From contig CADCLI010000001.1 of assembly GCA_902802285.1 (NCBI GenBank), forward strand, positions 4,010-68,009: a DNA stretch of 64,000 nt, written 5' to 3'. Positions 46,201-55,231 of this stretch are shown here, piece after piece. Each line of letters opens with the position of its first letter. The stretch's first letter is position 1. Under the pieces are notes generated by a model. The model was given only the letters and a program-made list of their open reading frames with translations, was not told where the DNA came from and did not search any database. Source of the DNA: an uncultured Bacteroidales bacterium (GTDB lineage: Bacteria; Bacteroidota; Bacteroidia; Bacteroidales; Bacteroidaceae). Made by a program: the position numbers and the translations under genes.

Positions 46201-47776
46201 TTCCGCTATAGAGTCAGTTTCCGTACCGGGTTCGGTGAGGATAATCGGACAAGATGCTTTCTCCGAATGTTCGGGACTCAAGAGAGTTATACTTGACAAT
46301 GGCCTGACTGCCATCCAGGATAACGCTTTTGCATACTGCAGCAGTCTTGAAAGCATAGAACTGCCTGCAACACTTGAGCATATAGGTAGAGCCGCTTTTA
46401 CCCGGAGCGGTCTCAAATCACTTGATATTCCGGCCTCTGTGACCTCTTTGGGGCGGAACATAACTCTTGACTGCAGGTATCTCAAATCGATTAAAGTCAA
46501 TTCCGCCAACAAGGTGTTTGACAGCCGCAGGAACTGCAACGCCATAATCAAGACCGATATCAACCTGCTCCTGGAGGGCTGCCGCAGCACAAGGATACCC
46601 AAGGATATTGTTGCTATAGGACCCTACGCATTTGCAGGTGCTTCCGGACTCAAAAGGATAGATATTCCGTCATCGGTACAATACATATTTGACCGCGCAT
46701 TTGCTTTCTGCCCGTTGCAGAAGATTGAGATTCCGGCATCGGTATCGCTCATGGATGACAATCCTTTCTTCGGTTGCGGCAGTATCCGCTCCATCACTGT
46801 CAAAAGCGGCAACCCCAGTTATTCCAGCCCATCCGGGTGCAATGCCATAATATCAAACGGAAATGACATCAGGGTTATACGCTATCCCGAAGTCAAGGTT
46901 TTACTGGATTATCTTAAAGAGGGACAATACATGAGCCGGAGACCCGGTACGCTTATACAGGGATGCCGCAATACAGTGATTTCTGCATCATGCACAATCA
47001 TCGGTTACCAATCATTTGCGTATTGTGAAGGGCTTGAAAGGATTGACATACCTGAAGGCGTGGTTACCGTAGAACATAATGCTTTTGAAAAATGTCCGGA
47101 CCTGAAAGAGTTGCATCTCTCCGCTACCGTGACAGATTTCAACAAATCCGATTATTGTCCTGAACTGGCAATAATAACCGTTGACCCAGCAAATCCTGTA
47201 TATGACAGCCGTGAGGGTTGCAATGCCATAATTGAAACTGAACATGACAATCTGATATTAGGCTGCAGGAATACCGTCATACCTTCAACGGTCAAGTATA
47301 TTGACGGTAATGCCTTTGCCCACGTACGCGGATTAAAGTCAATTGTCATTCCTGATTCTGTAGAGAGATTAGGTTATCAGTCATTCAGGGATTGCGCAGA
47401 TTTGGAATCCGTATTCATTTCAAGTTCTGTAAGATACTTGTCTTCATCATACTGGCAGGAAGACAGAGGTGAGGATAATGTTATCCCCCAGCAACCGTTC
47501 TATTACTGTCCCAAACTGACACGCATTACCGTTGACAGTGAAAATCCATATTTTGACAGCCGTGATAATTGCAATGCCATAATTGAGACATCAACCAGAA
47601 ACCTTAGAGTGGGCTGTAGCGGCACCATTGAACCCGAAAGCATGTCATCAGTCAGGCCTGACGCTTATCAGACCCTGGAAAATGACATCTACGAAACAGA
47701 TTACCTCAGCACCTCCTGGGTTTTCCCCGACGGACGAATGGTCCACACCTACTATGCCGAAGACTACGATGATTAA
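43217..47776 (+). CDS. BlaR1-like M56 membrane metalloprotease/sensor fused to a roughly 1150-aa BspA-type leucine-rich-repeat ectodomain
   Basis: N-terminal TM helices plus HEKAHLAHHH...FNPV...HEFQADADV (the M56 signature). After a TM segment near residue 320 (LLKLAYIPVLLLFAMNAFA) come many approximately 23-aa LRR_5 units (IPxSVxxIGxxAFxxCxxL). These are punctuated 8 times by the motif NPxYDSRxxCNAIIE. Confidence 0.8.
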   Translation: MTAFLIYIMKVAILSAVFIVLYHLLLRHDTFHRVNRIVLVSSLVLSYILPFVVITVHKDGVPVRRTGIVNERHVQEQVALPYQPVITSGSVYSSAPMDETAQADHRQNLTQVIEVTGRDYNPEPAVAPRKTIRIDWLKVLAGVYLLGLLIVLVYRILSTTKVIGIIQKADVVEKNSDFTLVQTRQSVHPFSWMRYIVLPREGKASGQTPILDHEKAHLAHHHSQELLWTDVLSALQWFNPVMLLFRRDLYSIHEFQADADVLQKGVDRKQYQYLMLDCATDKTEFRAANTFRKSTLEGRIDMINKKNSARTSLLKLAYIPVLLLFAMNAFAERVYDDDLSEVLEVDNYVRIDGLWYKFKGNQVRVVSRKTKHDYPAEIVIPDTIIYKNVKYPVTSIGSMAFQHDEKIKSVTIPSTVKEIEEGSFYSCTGLERIVIPASVRSIGDRAFVECRNLKSISIPASVRQIGYAAFAGTGLESITVQEGNPYYDSRLDCNAIIETASNTLLYGSSKTVIPPTVTAIGESAFAGNTKLKTIGIPASVTTIGNRAFTECTSLQSIVIPGTVQKLDYGCFQHTGIKSLTINGSIELLSYAFTECDSLETVIYGPGATSVDIPRRCPNLRHLFIPATVTQIQNNQNNYQLNLESIIVEEGNPVYDSREDCNAIIETATDRLILGCSNTVIPNTVRSISNYAFTGGHLKELNIPASVREIGPYIFQNPFDARSVNAPNYIKDLNRIVVDPANPVYDSREGCNAIIWKATNLLLIACKSTTIPESVRSIAENAFMKQDGLTELTIPDGVTTIMTGAFSYCTNLEKIKIGAGLKELSPNAFMGCPNISEIKVSPSNRTYDSRNDCNAVIETATGKLVMGSANTVIPDGVTTIGQNAFLSNQKITSIKLPQSVNTIEDYAFYNCTNLEEINLDNIIRKGDRALDGTASVRFTYADSINGFMHFQLRGKEAILYHVWDNAPAKVAIPQSFDYNGKTYTVTEIADNAFSSNSAIESVSVPGSVRIIGQDAFSECSGLKRVILDNGLTAIQDNAFAYCSSLESIELPATLEHIGRAAFTRSGLKSLDIPASVTSLGRNITLDCRYLKSIKVNSANKVFDSRRNCNAIIKTDINLLLEGCRSTRIPKDIVAIGPYAFAGASGLKRIDIPSSVQYIFDRAFAFCPLQKIEIPASVSLMDDNPFFGCGSIRSITVKSGNPSYSSPSGCNAIISNGNDIRVIRYPEVKVLLDYLKEGQYMSRRPGTLIQGCRNTVISASCTIIGYQSFAYCEGLERIDIPEGVVTVEHNAFEKCPDLKELHLSATVTDFNKSDYCPELAIITVDPANPVYDSREGCNAIIETEHDNLILGCRNTVIPSTVKYIDGNAFAHVRGLKSIVIPDSVERLGYQSFRDCADLESVFISSSVRYLSSSYWQEDRGEDNVIPQQPFYYCPKLTRITVDSENPYFDSRDNCNAIIETSTRNLRVGCSGTIEPESMSSVRPDAYQTLENDIYETDYLSTSWVFPDGRMVHTYYAEDYDD

Positions 47777-47792
47777 GTTACCCAAAAAGTAC

Positions 47793-47915
47793 AATTCTCA
47801 ATTTTCAATTATGTAATTCGTTCCATGATTTTTGTCGCGATTCGGGATAGAAAGTAAACTTTCTCTCCTCTCACTGCTCCAAAAATTCTCAATTCTCAAT
47901 TCTCAATTCTCAATT
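47793..47915. repeat. Dispersed roughly 100-nt repeat with (AATTCTC)n tail, copy 2 (inverted relative to copy 1)
   Basis: Core 47817-47894 is the exact reverse complement of 19196-19273. It is flanked by aattctcaattttcaatt (47793-47810) and by ttctcaa x4 (47886-47915). Confidence 0.85.
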
Positions 47916-47933
47916 TATATTAGTACCTTTGCA

Positions 47934-48083
47934 GCGGACAATGTGGAAAGATTTGCGGGACTGATGGTTCCGGACAGCTTGCAACCACACAAAAAAATGC
48001 TAAAAGTCAATCTTTTAACACGCTTTGAATGAGTACCGTTGCGGTCCCATTGTCCACAAGACAGTGGGACTTTTATTTTTTTT
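47934..48083 (+). promoter_or_regulatory. metK leader with mutually exclusive antiterminator/terminator; candidate SAM-responsive riboswitch (class undetermined)
   Basis: The terminator ends 6 nt before the metK ATG, so metK must be transcribed through it. ggacaatg (47936-47943) is complementary to cattgtcc (48048-48055) in the 5' arm of the terminator. The helix aaagatt/aatcttt (47947-47953 / 48009-48015) encloses a 55-nt core that contains GGGACUG, UUGCAACC and AUGCUAAAAG. Confidence 0.45.
48044..48083 (+). terminator. Intrinsic terminator/attenuator immediately upstream of metK
   Basis: gtcccattgtc-cacaa-gacagtgggac forms an 11-bp stem with one G-U pair on the plus strand. It is followed by ttttatttttttt. 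Confidence 0.7.
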
Positions 48084-48088
48084 GATAT

Positions 48089-49381
48089 ATGTCATACCTA
48101 TTCACATCCGAATCGGTGTCCGAGGGACACCCTGACAAGGTAGCGGACCAGATATCCGATGCCGTCGTTGACGAACTTCTGGCCTTTGACCCAGACTCAA
48201 AGGTAGCATGTGAGACCCTTGTCACCACCGGACAGGTGGTGCTGGCAGGTGAGGTCAAATCCCGCGCATATGTAGATTTGCAGGATATTGCCCGCCAAGT
48301 GATTAACCGTATAGGCTATACCCGCTCCGAGTACAAGTTTGACGGAGACTCATGCGGTGTATTCAGCGCCATACACGAGCAGAGCGCCGACATAAACCGC
48401 GGCGTGGAGCGCGAGGACCCCGAGAACCAGGGAGCCGGTGACCAGGGTATGATGTTCGGTTACGCCACAAACGAGACCGATGAATACATGCCGGTTTCGC
48501 TTGCCCTGTCACACCGTATACTGCGTGTTCTGGCCGATATCCGCCGCGAGGGCAAGCAGATGACCTATCTGCGTCCCGACTCCAAGAGCCAGGTGACTGT
48601 TGAGTACAATGACAACGGCAAGCCCGTACGCATAGATACAATCGTGGTTTCAACCCAGCACGATGAGTTCATTGCACCTGAGAAAGATACTGTTGAGGCT
48701 CAGCTGGAGGCTGATGCCAAGATGCTGGCACAGATTGAGAGCGATGTTAAGAACATTCTGATACCGCGTGTAGTCAGCACCATTACATCGGACAAGGTCA
48801 AGGCTCTTTTTAACGGTGAAATCAAGTATTTTGTCAATCCCACCGGCAAGTTCGTGATTGGCGGACCGCACGGAGACACAGGTCTTACAGGCCGTAAGAT
48901 AATTGTCGATACCTACGGAGGCAAGGGAGCCCACGGCGGCGGTGCATTCAGCGGCAAGGACCCCAGCAAGGTGGACCGCAGTGCCGCATACGCAACACGT
49001 CACATAGCCAAGAACCTGGTTGCCGCAGGTGTGGCCGATGAGGTGCTGGTGCAGGTATCATACGCCATCGGCGTGGCCAAGCCCATCAACATATTTGTAA
49101 ACACCTACGGCACCAGCCACGTCAGACTGACCGATGCCCAGATAGCCGATAAGGTGAATGAGATTTTCGATATGCGCCCCAAGGCCATTGAAAACCGTCT
49201 CAAGCTGCGCAACCCCATCTACAGCGAGACTGCAGCCTACGGACACATGGGTCGTGAGCCCCAGACCGTTACCAAGGTCTTTACATCACACTACATGCCG
49301 GCCAAGACCGTCACGGTGGAGCTATTCACCTGGGAAAAACTTGACTACGTAGACAAAATCAAGCAAGCCTTCAATCTTTAA
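48089..49381 (+). CDS. metK: S-adenosylmethionine synthetase
   Basis: [31 protein letters not shown] and [16 protein letters not shown]. Confidence 0.95.
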   Translation: MSYLFTSESVSEGHPDKVADQISDAVVDELLAFDPDSKVACETLVTTGQVVLAGEVKSRAYVDLQDIARQVINRIGYTRSEYKFDGDSCGVFSAIHEQSADINRGVEREDPENQGAGDQGMMFGYATNETDEYMPVSLALSHRILRVLADIRREGKQMTYLRPDSKSQVTVEYNDNGKPVRIDTIVVSTQHDEFIAPEKDTVEAQLEADAKMLAQIESDVKNILIPRVVSTITSDKVKALFNGEIKYFVNPTGKFVIGGPHGDTGLTGRKIIVDTYGGKGAHGGGAFSGKDPSKVDRSAAYATRHIAKNLVAAGVADEVLVQVSYAIGVAKPINIFVNTYGTSHVRLTDAQIADKVNEIFDMRPKAIENRLKLRNPIYSETAAYGHMGREPQTVTKVFTSHYMPAKTVTVELFTWEKLDYVDKIKQAFNL

Positions 49382-49387
49382 AATGAT

Positions 49388-49412
49388 ACAAAAGGGGACT
49401 GTCCCCTTTTGT
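49388..49412. terminator. Bidirectional intrinsic terminator between convergent metK and the transglycosylase gene
   Basis: The palindrome acaaaaggggac-t-gtccccttttgt is flanked by A/T runs on both sides. Confidence 0.7.
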
Positions 49413-49413
49413 A

Positions 49414-50349
49414 CTATTTTACCCAGGCGGGGCTGTGAACCTTGGTCTTGGAAGGATCGTAATGCTCCGCCTTTACATCGGGAATGGCAACGTAGTAGGT
49501 GCGGTGGGATTTGTTGTTTAGCTTGGACTCACGCAGCCAGAGGTTGGCCCGCTTGAGATCGGCATAAGATACACCGTGTTTCTCGGCAAAATCCACCAAA
49601 TCCTCAACAGGATCGGTTATCTTGACCTGCTCCTTGATGGGGATATACGGATAGAGGTCCTCGCGCCTGAAACTGAATCCGAACCGGGCGGGATCCTCAA
49701 ACATCATCTTGACCGCCAGCAGGCGGAACATGTAGCGCGAGGTCTCCTCGACCAACCACATATCCATGGCATCTTTCTGATGCTGTGCCTCTATGCGGCG
49801 GTCCATGCCCTGCTGACCGCCGTTGTAACTGGCTGCTACTGTCATCCAGTTGCCATACTTGCTGTATGCCTCCTTCAGGAAACGGCATGCAGCCTCGGTT
49901 GCCTTTTCGGTATTGAAACGCTCATCGATATTGGCATTCACCTCTAGTCCGTAAGCACGACCGGTGGACTGGGTAAACTGCCATAGGCCGGCTGCGCCCG
50001 CACCCGACTGGGCCTGCGGGTCCAGGTTGCTCTCAATCACCATCAGGTACTTAAGGTCATCGGGCACTCCCATACGCTCCAGAATGGGTTCTATCTGCGG
50101 AAAATACCGGTTGGCCCTCCTTATCATCAGTGTGGATGTGGAGTGCGTATATGTGAATGCTATAAGCTCACGGTCCATTCGTTCCCTCAGGTCGGCCCGG
50201 TCCAGTCTTACGGTTTGACCGGCAAATACTACCGATTGGGGAACAGAAGGCGGAGCAGGCTGTACGGGCTGTCCTGATGTTGGAATCGTAACTGATGCCA
50301 TAGCGAAAGAAATCAGTCCGGTAAAGAGAATATGCAATTGCCTTTTCAT
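49414..50349 (-). CDS. Lytic murein transglycosylase (SLT domain, MltD-like)
   Basis: Signal peptide present. The SLT catalytic region is LMVIESNLDPQAQSGAGAAGLWQFTQSTG (catalytic E-S motif). Confidence 0.8.
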   Translation of the reverse strand: MKRQLHILFTGLISFAMASVTIPTSGQPVQPAPPSVPQSVVFAGQTVRLDRADLRERMDRELIAFTYTHSTSTLMIRRANRYFPQIEPILERMGVPDDLKYLMVIESNLDPQAQSGAGAAGLWQFTQSTGRAYGLEVNANIDERFNTEKATEAACRFLKEAYSKYGNWMTVAASYNGGQQGMDRRIEAQHQKDAMDMWLVEETSRYMFRLLAVKMMFEDPARFGFSFRREDLYPYIPIKEQVKITDPVEDLVDFAEKHGVSYADLKRANLWLRESKLNNKSHRTYYVAIPDVKAEHYDPSKTKVHSPAWVK

Positions 50350-50479
50350 AAAAAACGGATAAGTATGAATATTTGGTTATTCGGGACTGCAAAAATATGA
50401 TGTTTTTGCCTATTAATTGTAAAAAGTAAAACTGATTCACTACTTTTGTTGAACTAACCAAGTAAACCCATCAGACATA

Positions 50480-52807
50480 ATGAAAAAAACCGCGTTATTT
50501 GTTTTGCTTTCTGCTTTAGCCCTTTCGGCCTGCAGCCAGGCTCCAATCAAGTCACAAGACAACATGCTGTCAATTGGCATGCCCGACGGAACCCTCTACG
50601 TAACCCCTATGGCCGATGACGCCATCCGTGTACAGTACATTCCCGAAGGTATAGAACTGCCACAACTGGAAAACCTGATTTATACAGAGAAACAGGAAAA
50701 CCGCGCATGCAATTATTCCCAGTCCGGCAATAAGGTTACCGTCAGCGCACATGGCGACGGCTTGCGTGCCGTGGTCAATACCCGTACCGGACAGATCAGA
50801 TTCTTAGACTCAAAAGGAAAGGTTATCCTGTCAGAGGATGTCCGTTCCATACAGGCCGGCAAGACGGGTGACCTGAATTCACTCTCCGTAAGCCAGTCAT
50901 TCAAGACCGCCCCTGATGAGTTCCTCTTTGGTACCGGCCAGTTCCAGGACGGCTACCTGAACATACGCGGACTGACCCGCCGCCTTACACAGGTGAACAC
51001 CCAGATTTCAATACCGATGATTATCTCCAACAAGGGATACGGAATCCTGTGGAACAACTACGGACTGACCGATTACAACCCCTCGGACTTTACGGTTGAG
51101 TTGCAGCAGGGCGGATCGGACGGTACGGCTGTGACAGTAAATGCCACCGGTACTGCCGGTAACGTCAGGGAACGCCGCGTTTTCAACGATTTCAGCGGTG
51201 AAATCGAGGTAAAGGAGAGCGGTGACTACTCCATCCTGCTGGACGTAGGCCAGTCGATGGCCCGCAAGCATCTGCTCTCCATTGACGGCGACACCATAAT
51301 CAACGCCAACAACACCTGGCTGCCGCCTACATCATCGGCCATAACCCATCTGGACAAGGGTACACATAAGGTGTTTGTAAGCGGATCACGCGGTGACAAG
51401 CCGTCGGTTGGCGTACGCAAGGTTACCGATGTCACCACATTCAGCTCGCCCGTAGCCGTGGCACTTGACTACACCGTATTTGCCGGCACTGCCGATGAGA
51501 TAATAAGTTCATACCGCAACCTGACCGGTAAGGTTCCGCAGATGCCCGACTGGGCTTTCGGTTACATTCACTGCCGTGAGCGCTATGACAGCCAGAAAGA
51601 GCTGCTTGAGAACGCCCACCGTCTCAAGGATGAGGGCTACCGCACCAGCGTGATTGTACAGGACTGGCAGTGGTGGGGCAAGTACGGCTGGAACGCCATG
51701 CAGTTTGACGAGGGCAAGTACCCCGATCCCAAGGCTATGACCGACGAGCTTCACGCCATGGACATGAAACTTATGCTCTCAGTATGGTCCAAGATAGACA
51801 AGAACAGTGAGGTGGGCCGTCAGATGAACGCCGCCGGCTATTACATAAAGGGAACTGACTGGATAGACTTCTTCAATCCCGATGCAGCCGCAGCCTACTG
51901 GAAGAACTTCAGCGAGCGTCTGCTTCCCACAGGCATAGACGCCTGGTGGCAGGATGCTACCGAGCCTGAGAACGATGACCTTAAGGGCCGTATGGTGGCC
52001 GGCGGTAAGATTCCCGGTGAGTTCTACCGCAACGCCTACCCCAACATGGTTAACCACACCGTTTACAACGGACTTATCAAAGATCAGCCCGACCGTGACC
52101 CGATGATCCTGACCCGCAGCGGATTTACCGGAATACAGCGCTACGGCGCCATCAACTGGTCAGGCGATGTAGGCAATGACTGGGAGACCCTGCGTCGTCA
52201 GATAGCAGGCGGACTCAGCCTGATGGCCACAGGACAGCCCTGGTGGACATACGATGCAGGCGGATTCTTCCGTCCCGGCAACCAATATACCGATGCCGAT
52301 TATCAGGAGCGTATGCTGCGTTGGATACAGACTGCCGTATATCTGCCGTTCATGCGTGTACACGGTTATATGAGCCGCACCGAGCCCTGGAACTACTCAG
52401 AGGAGACACAACAGATATTCCGCAAGCAGATAGACCTGCGCTACAAACTCCAGCCTTACATCCTGGAGTGCGCCAAAAAGGTAACTGAGGAGAACTACAC
52501 CATGATGCGTCCGCTGGTATTTGATTATCCCGATGATACTGAGGCTCTCAAGCAGCAGACGGAATTCATGTTCGGTCCGTCACTGCTGGTATGTCCTGTA
52601 ACTGAGCCCGGTATAAAGACAATGCGCGTATATCTGCCGGGTGACGGACAGGATTGGGTTTCATTCAACGCCTTGGTTAATGCATCAGAGCGTGGCATCA
52701 TGGTCAAACCTTATGTCTATAAGGGAGGCACTTACGTTGATGTTGAGGTTTCAAAGGACTGCATACCCGTATTTGAAAAAGCTGATCACTTAATTGAATT
52801 GAAATAA
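50480..52807 (+). CDS. Glycoside hydrolase family 31 (alpha-glucosidase/alpha-xylosidase type), lipoprotein
   Basis: Lipobox LALSACS. Also VIVQDWQWWG..., GIDAWWQDATEPE (nucleophile region), INWSGDV and FMRVHG, typical GH31 blocks. Confidence 0.8.
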   Translation: MKKTALFVLLSALALSACSQAPIKSQDNMLSIGMPDGTLYVTPMADDAIRVQYIPEGIELPQLENLIYTEKQENRACNYSQSGNKVTVSAHGDGLRAVVNTRTGQIRFLDSKGKVILSEDVRSIQAGKTGDLNSLSVSQSFKTAPDEFLFGTGQFQDGYLNIRGLTRRLTQVNTQISIPMIISNKGYGILWNNYGLTDYNPSDFTVELQQGGSDGTAVTVNATGTAGNVRERRVFNDFSGEIEVKESGDYSILLDVGQSMARKHLLSIDGDTIINANNTWLPPTSSAITHLDKGTHKVFVSGSRGDKPSVGVRKVTDVTTFSSPVAVALDYTVFAGTADEIISSYRNLTGKVPQMPDWAFGYIHCRERYDSQKELLENAHRLKDEGYRTSVIVQDWQWWGKYGWNAMQFDEGKYPDPKAMTDELHAMDMKLMLSVWSKIDKNSEVGRQMNAAGYYIKGTDWIDFFNPDAAAAYWKNFSERLLPTGIDAWWQDATEPENDDLKGRMVAGGKIPGEFYRNAYPNMVNHTVYNGLIKDQPDRDPMILTRSGFTGIQRYGAINWSGDVGNDWETLRRQIAGGLSLMATGQPWWTYDAGGFFRPGNQYTDADYQERMLRWIQTAVYLPFMRVHGYMSRTEPWNYSEETQQIFRKQIDLRYKLQPYILECAKKVTEENYTMMRPLVFDYPDDTEALKQQTEFMFGPSLLVCPVTEPGIKTMRVYLPGDGQDWVSFNALVNASERGIMVKPYVYKGGTYVDVEVSKDCIPVFEKADHLIELK

Positions 52808-55191
52808 TGAAAAGATTACTGACCCTTTGCATTGCGCTTACCGGTGTGTTCGCCGTTTGCAGCGCACAAGAGCCTGATGACTGGACCACAAAGGTTACAT
52901 TCTTCAGCCCGTCCATAGTAAGAATCTACAAGACCGGACCTGACAATCCTGACAAGAAACAGAGTCTGTCCGTTACGATGCAGCCGCAGCAGGTCAAGGT
53001 TTCCCAATCGGTCGATAAGAACGGAGCCCAGGTTTATAAGAGTCCGGCTCTGACGGTTAAGGTATCGGGAAACGATGTCACATTCATGGACAGCAAGGGT
53101 AAGGTCCTGCTGGCCGAGAACGGTTACGGTCACGGCAACGTGGCCATGACACGCCCCGAGTATGCCGATATACCCGTTGACCAGGGTTTTAACCTTGATG
53201 CCGATGAGCCTCTCTACGGAATAGGAATACAGCAGGACGGCAAGATGGCCAAGAGCGGAACCTACCGCCGCATGATTCAGGGCAATACCGATGACTACTG
53301 CAACATAATCCAATCCATCAAGGGATACGGCCTGTTCTGGGACAACTACTCTCCCACCACACTGGGCATTGAGGATGGCAAGTTCTACTTTACCTCTGAG
53401 AACGCCGGCTGCGTGGATTACTACTTTATCTGGGGCGGTAATGCCGACGGCGTCATAGCCGGTATCCGCCAACTGACCGGCACAGTACCCATGCTGCCGC
53501 TCTGGAGCTACGGATTCATGCAGAGCCGCGAGCGTTACAAGTCATCGGCCGAACTGACCGAGGTGCTGGACCGCTACCGCTCAATCGGAGTGCCTATCGA
53601 CGTGATGATCCAGGACTGGCAGTACTGGGGCAGCAACTACCTGTGGAACGCCATGGAGTTCAATGCACCTGAGTTCAGCAATCCCGAGCGCTGGATTAAG
53701 CATATCCATGACCAGAACGCCAAACTGATGATTTCCATCTGGTCATCGTTCGGTCCCATGACCAAGCCCTACCGCGAGCTGGAGCCCAAGAACCTGCTCA
53801 TCGATATAGAGACCTGGCCGCAGAGCGGACTTACCGACTGGCCTCCACGCAGGGACTATCCGTCAGGAGTACGTCCGTATGACCCCTACAGCAAGGAGGC
53901 GCGTGATATATACTGGAACCACCTGACACGCCTGTATGACCTTAACATTGACGGCTGGTGGATGGACTCTACCGAGCCTGACCACATGGACTTTAAGGAG
54001 ACTGACCTGGACCTGCCCACGGCAATGGGTCCTTGGCGCAGGGTTCGTAACGCATTCCCGCTTATGGCAGTGGGCGGTGTCTATGACAACCAGCGTGCCA
54101 TGGAGAATGGCTCCGACAAGCGTGTGCTTATACTGACCCGTTCAGTGTTTGCAGGCCAGCAGCGCTACGGCTCCAACACATGGTCCGGTGATGTTCAGTC
54201 CAACTGGAATTCTCTCAGGAATCAGGTTCCCGCAGGCCTTAACTTTGCCCTGACCGGCAACCCCAATTTTAACAGTGACCTGGGCGGATTCTTTGCCAAC
54301 AGCTATAACGAGCGCTCACAGGACGGCAGCGCAACCCGCAACCCGCTCTATCAGGAGCTCTACGTACGCTGGATGCAGTACGGCGTGTTCTGCCCCATGA
54401 TGCGCAGCCACGGTACCGAGGTCCCGCGTGAACTCTACTACTACGGCCAGGCCGGCGAGCCAGTATTTGATGCCCTGCTGGGTGCCGTAAAGATGCGCTA
54501 CAGCCTTCTGCCCTACATCTACTCAGTGGCTCACGATGTCAATGCCAACAACGGCACCTATCAGCGCGCCCTGATGATGGATTTCAGAAATGACCGTAAG
54601 GTGTGGGACATCAACAACGAGTTCATGTTTGGACGCTCACTGCTGGTAGCTCCGGTCCTTGAGGCCAAATACACACCTGAGAGAGCACAGAGCAAGAGCC
54701 GCGCCGGAATTGGTGATGTGGATTTTCTGGAAACAAAGAGCACCAAGGTCTATCTGCCGGCAGGTACCAAGTGGTATGACTTTGAGACCATGAAGCTGTA
54801 TAATGGCGGTCAGGAGATAGAGCGTGAGGTAAACATCAAGAGCATCCCGCTCTTTGTCAAGGCCGGCACCATCCTGCCCATAGGCCCCGATGTACAGTAC
54901 TCTACAGAGAAGCCTTGGGATGACCTGGAGATACGCGTCTATGCCGGAGCCGGCGGCACATTCTGCCTCTACGAGGATGAGTTTGACAACTACAACTACG
55001 AGAACGGAGCCTGCTCAACCATAGAATTCAGCTATAACGGCAAGAACAGCCTGACCATCGGAGCCCGCCAAGGCTCATTTGATGGCATGATACAGAACCG
55101 CAAGTTCCGCATAATCCTGATCAAGGACGGAAAGCAGAGCGAGCCCAAAACCGTAAGCTACTCCGGCAAGAAAGTTTCAATAAAATTATAA
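52807..55191 (+). CDS. Glycoside hydrolase family 31 (second paralog), secreted
   Basis: VMIQDWQYWG, IDGWWMDSTEPD, NTWSGDV and MMRSHG. Its start codon overlaps the upstream stop codon. Confidence 0.8.
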   Translation: MKRLLTLCIALTGVFAVCSAQEPDDWTTKVTFFSPSIVRIYKTGPDNPDKKQSLSVTMQPQQVKVSQSVDKNGAQVYKSPALTVKVSGNDVTFMDSKGKVLLAENGYGHGNVAMTRPEYADIPVDQGFNLDADEPLYGIGIQQDGKMAKSGTYRRMIQGNTDDYCNIIQSIKGYGLFWDNYSPTTLGIEDGKFYFTSENAGCVDYYFIWGGNADGVIAGIRQLTGTVPMLPLWSYGFMQSRERYKSSAELTEVLDRYRSIGVPIDVMIQDWQYWGSNYLWNAMEFNAPEFSNPERWIKHIHDQNAKLMISIWSSFGPMTKPYRELEPKNLLIDIETWPQSGLTDWPPRRDYPSGVRPYDPYSKEARDIYWNHLTRLYDLNIDGWWMDSTEPDHMDFKETDLDLPTAMGPWRRVRNAFPLMAVGGVYDNQRAMENGSDKRVLILTRSVFAGQQRYGSNTWSGDVQSNWNSLRNQVPAGLNFALTGNPNFNSDLGGFFANSYNERSQDGSATRNPLYQELYVRWMQYGVFCPMMRSHGTEVPRELYYYGQAGEPVFDALLGAVKMRYSLLPYIYSVAHDVNANNGTYQRALMMDFRNDRKVWDINNEFMFGRSLLVAPVLEAKYTPERAQSKSRAGIGDVDFLETKSTKVYLPAGTKWYDFETMKLYNGGQEIEREVNIKSIPLFVKAGTILPIGPDVQYSTEKPWDDLEIRVYAGAGGTFCLYEDEFDNYNYENGACSTIEFSYNGKNSLTIGARQGSFDGMIQNRKFRIILIKDGKQSEPKTVSYSGKKVSIKL

Positions 55192-55231
55192 CCAAGCGTT
55201 TCCTATTGTGTAAATAAACCTGATTGCACAG

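Noticed and set aside
47832-48032. 66-aa ORF (MSRFGIESKLSLLSLLQKFSILNSQFS...).
   Set aside because: It starts with a non-ATG codon and is composed of the dispersed repeat, its heptamer array and the metK leader. It is better explained as non-coding.
50480-55191. The tandem GH31 genes as part of a polysaccharide utilisation locus.
   Set aside because: No SusC/SusD, sensor or regulator genes are present in the flanks within this window. The pair is left as an ordinary hydrolase pair.
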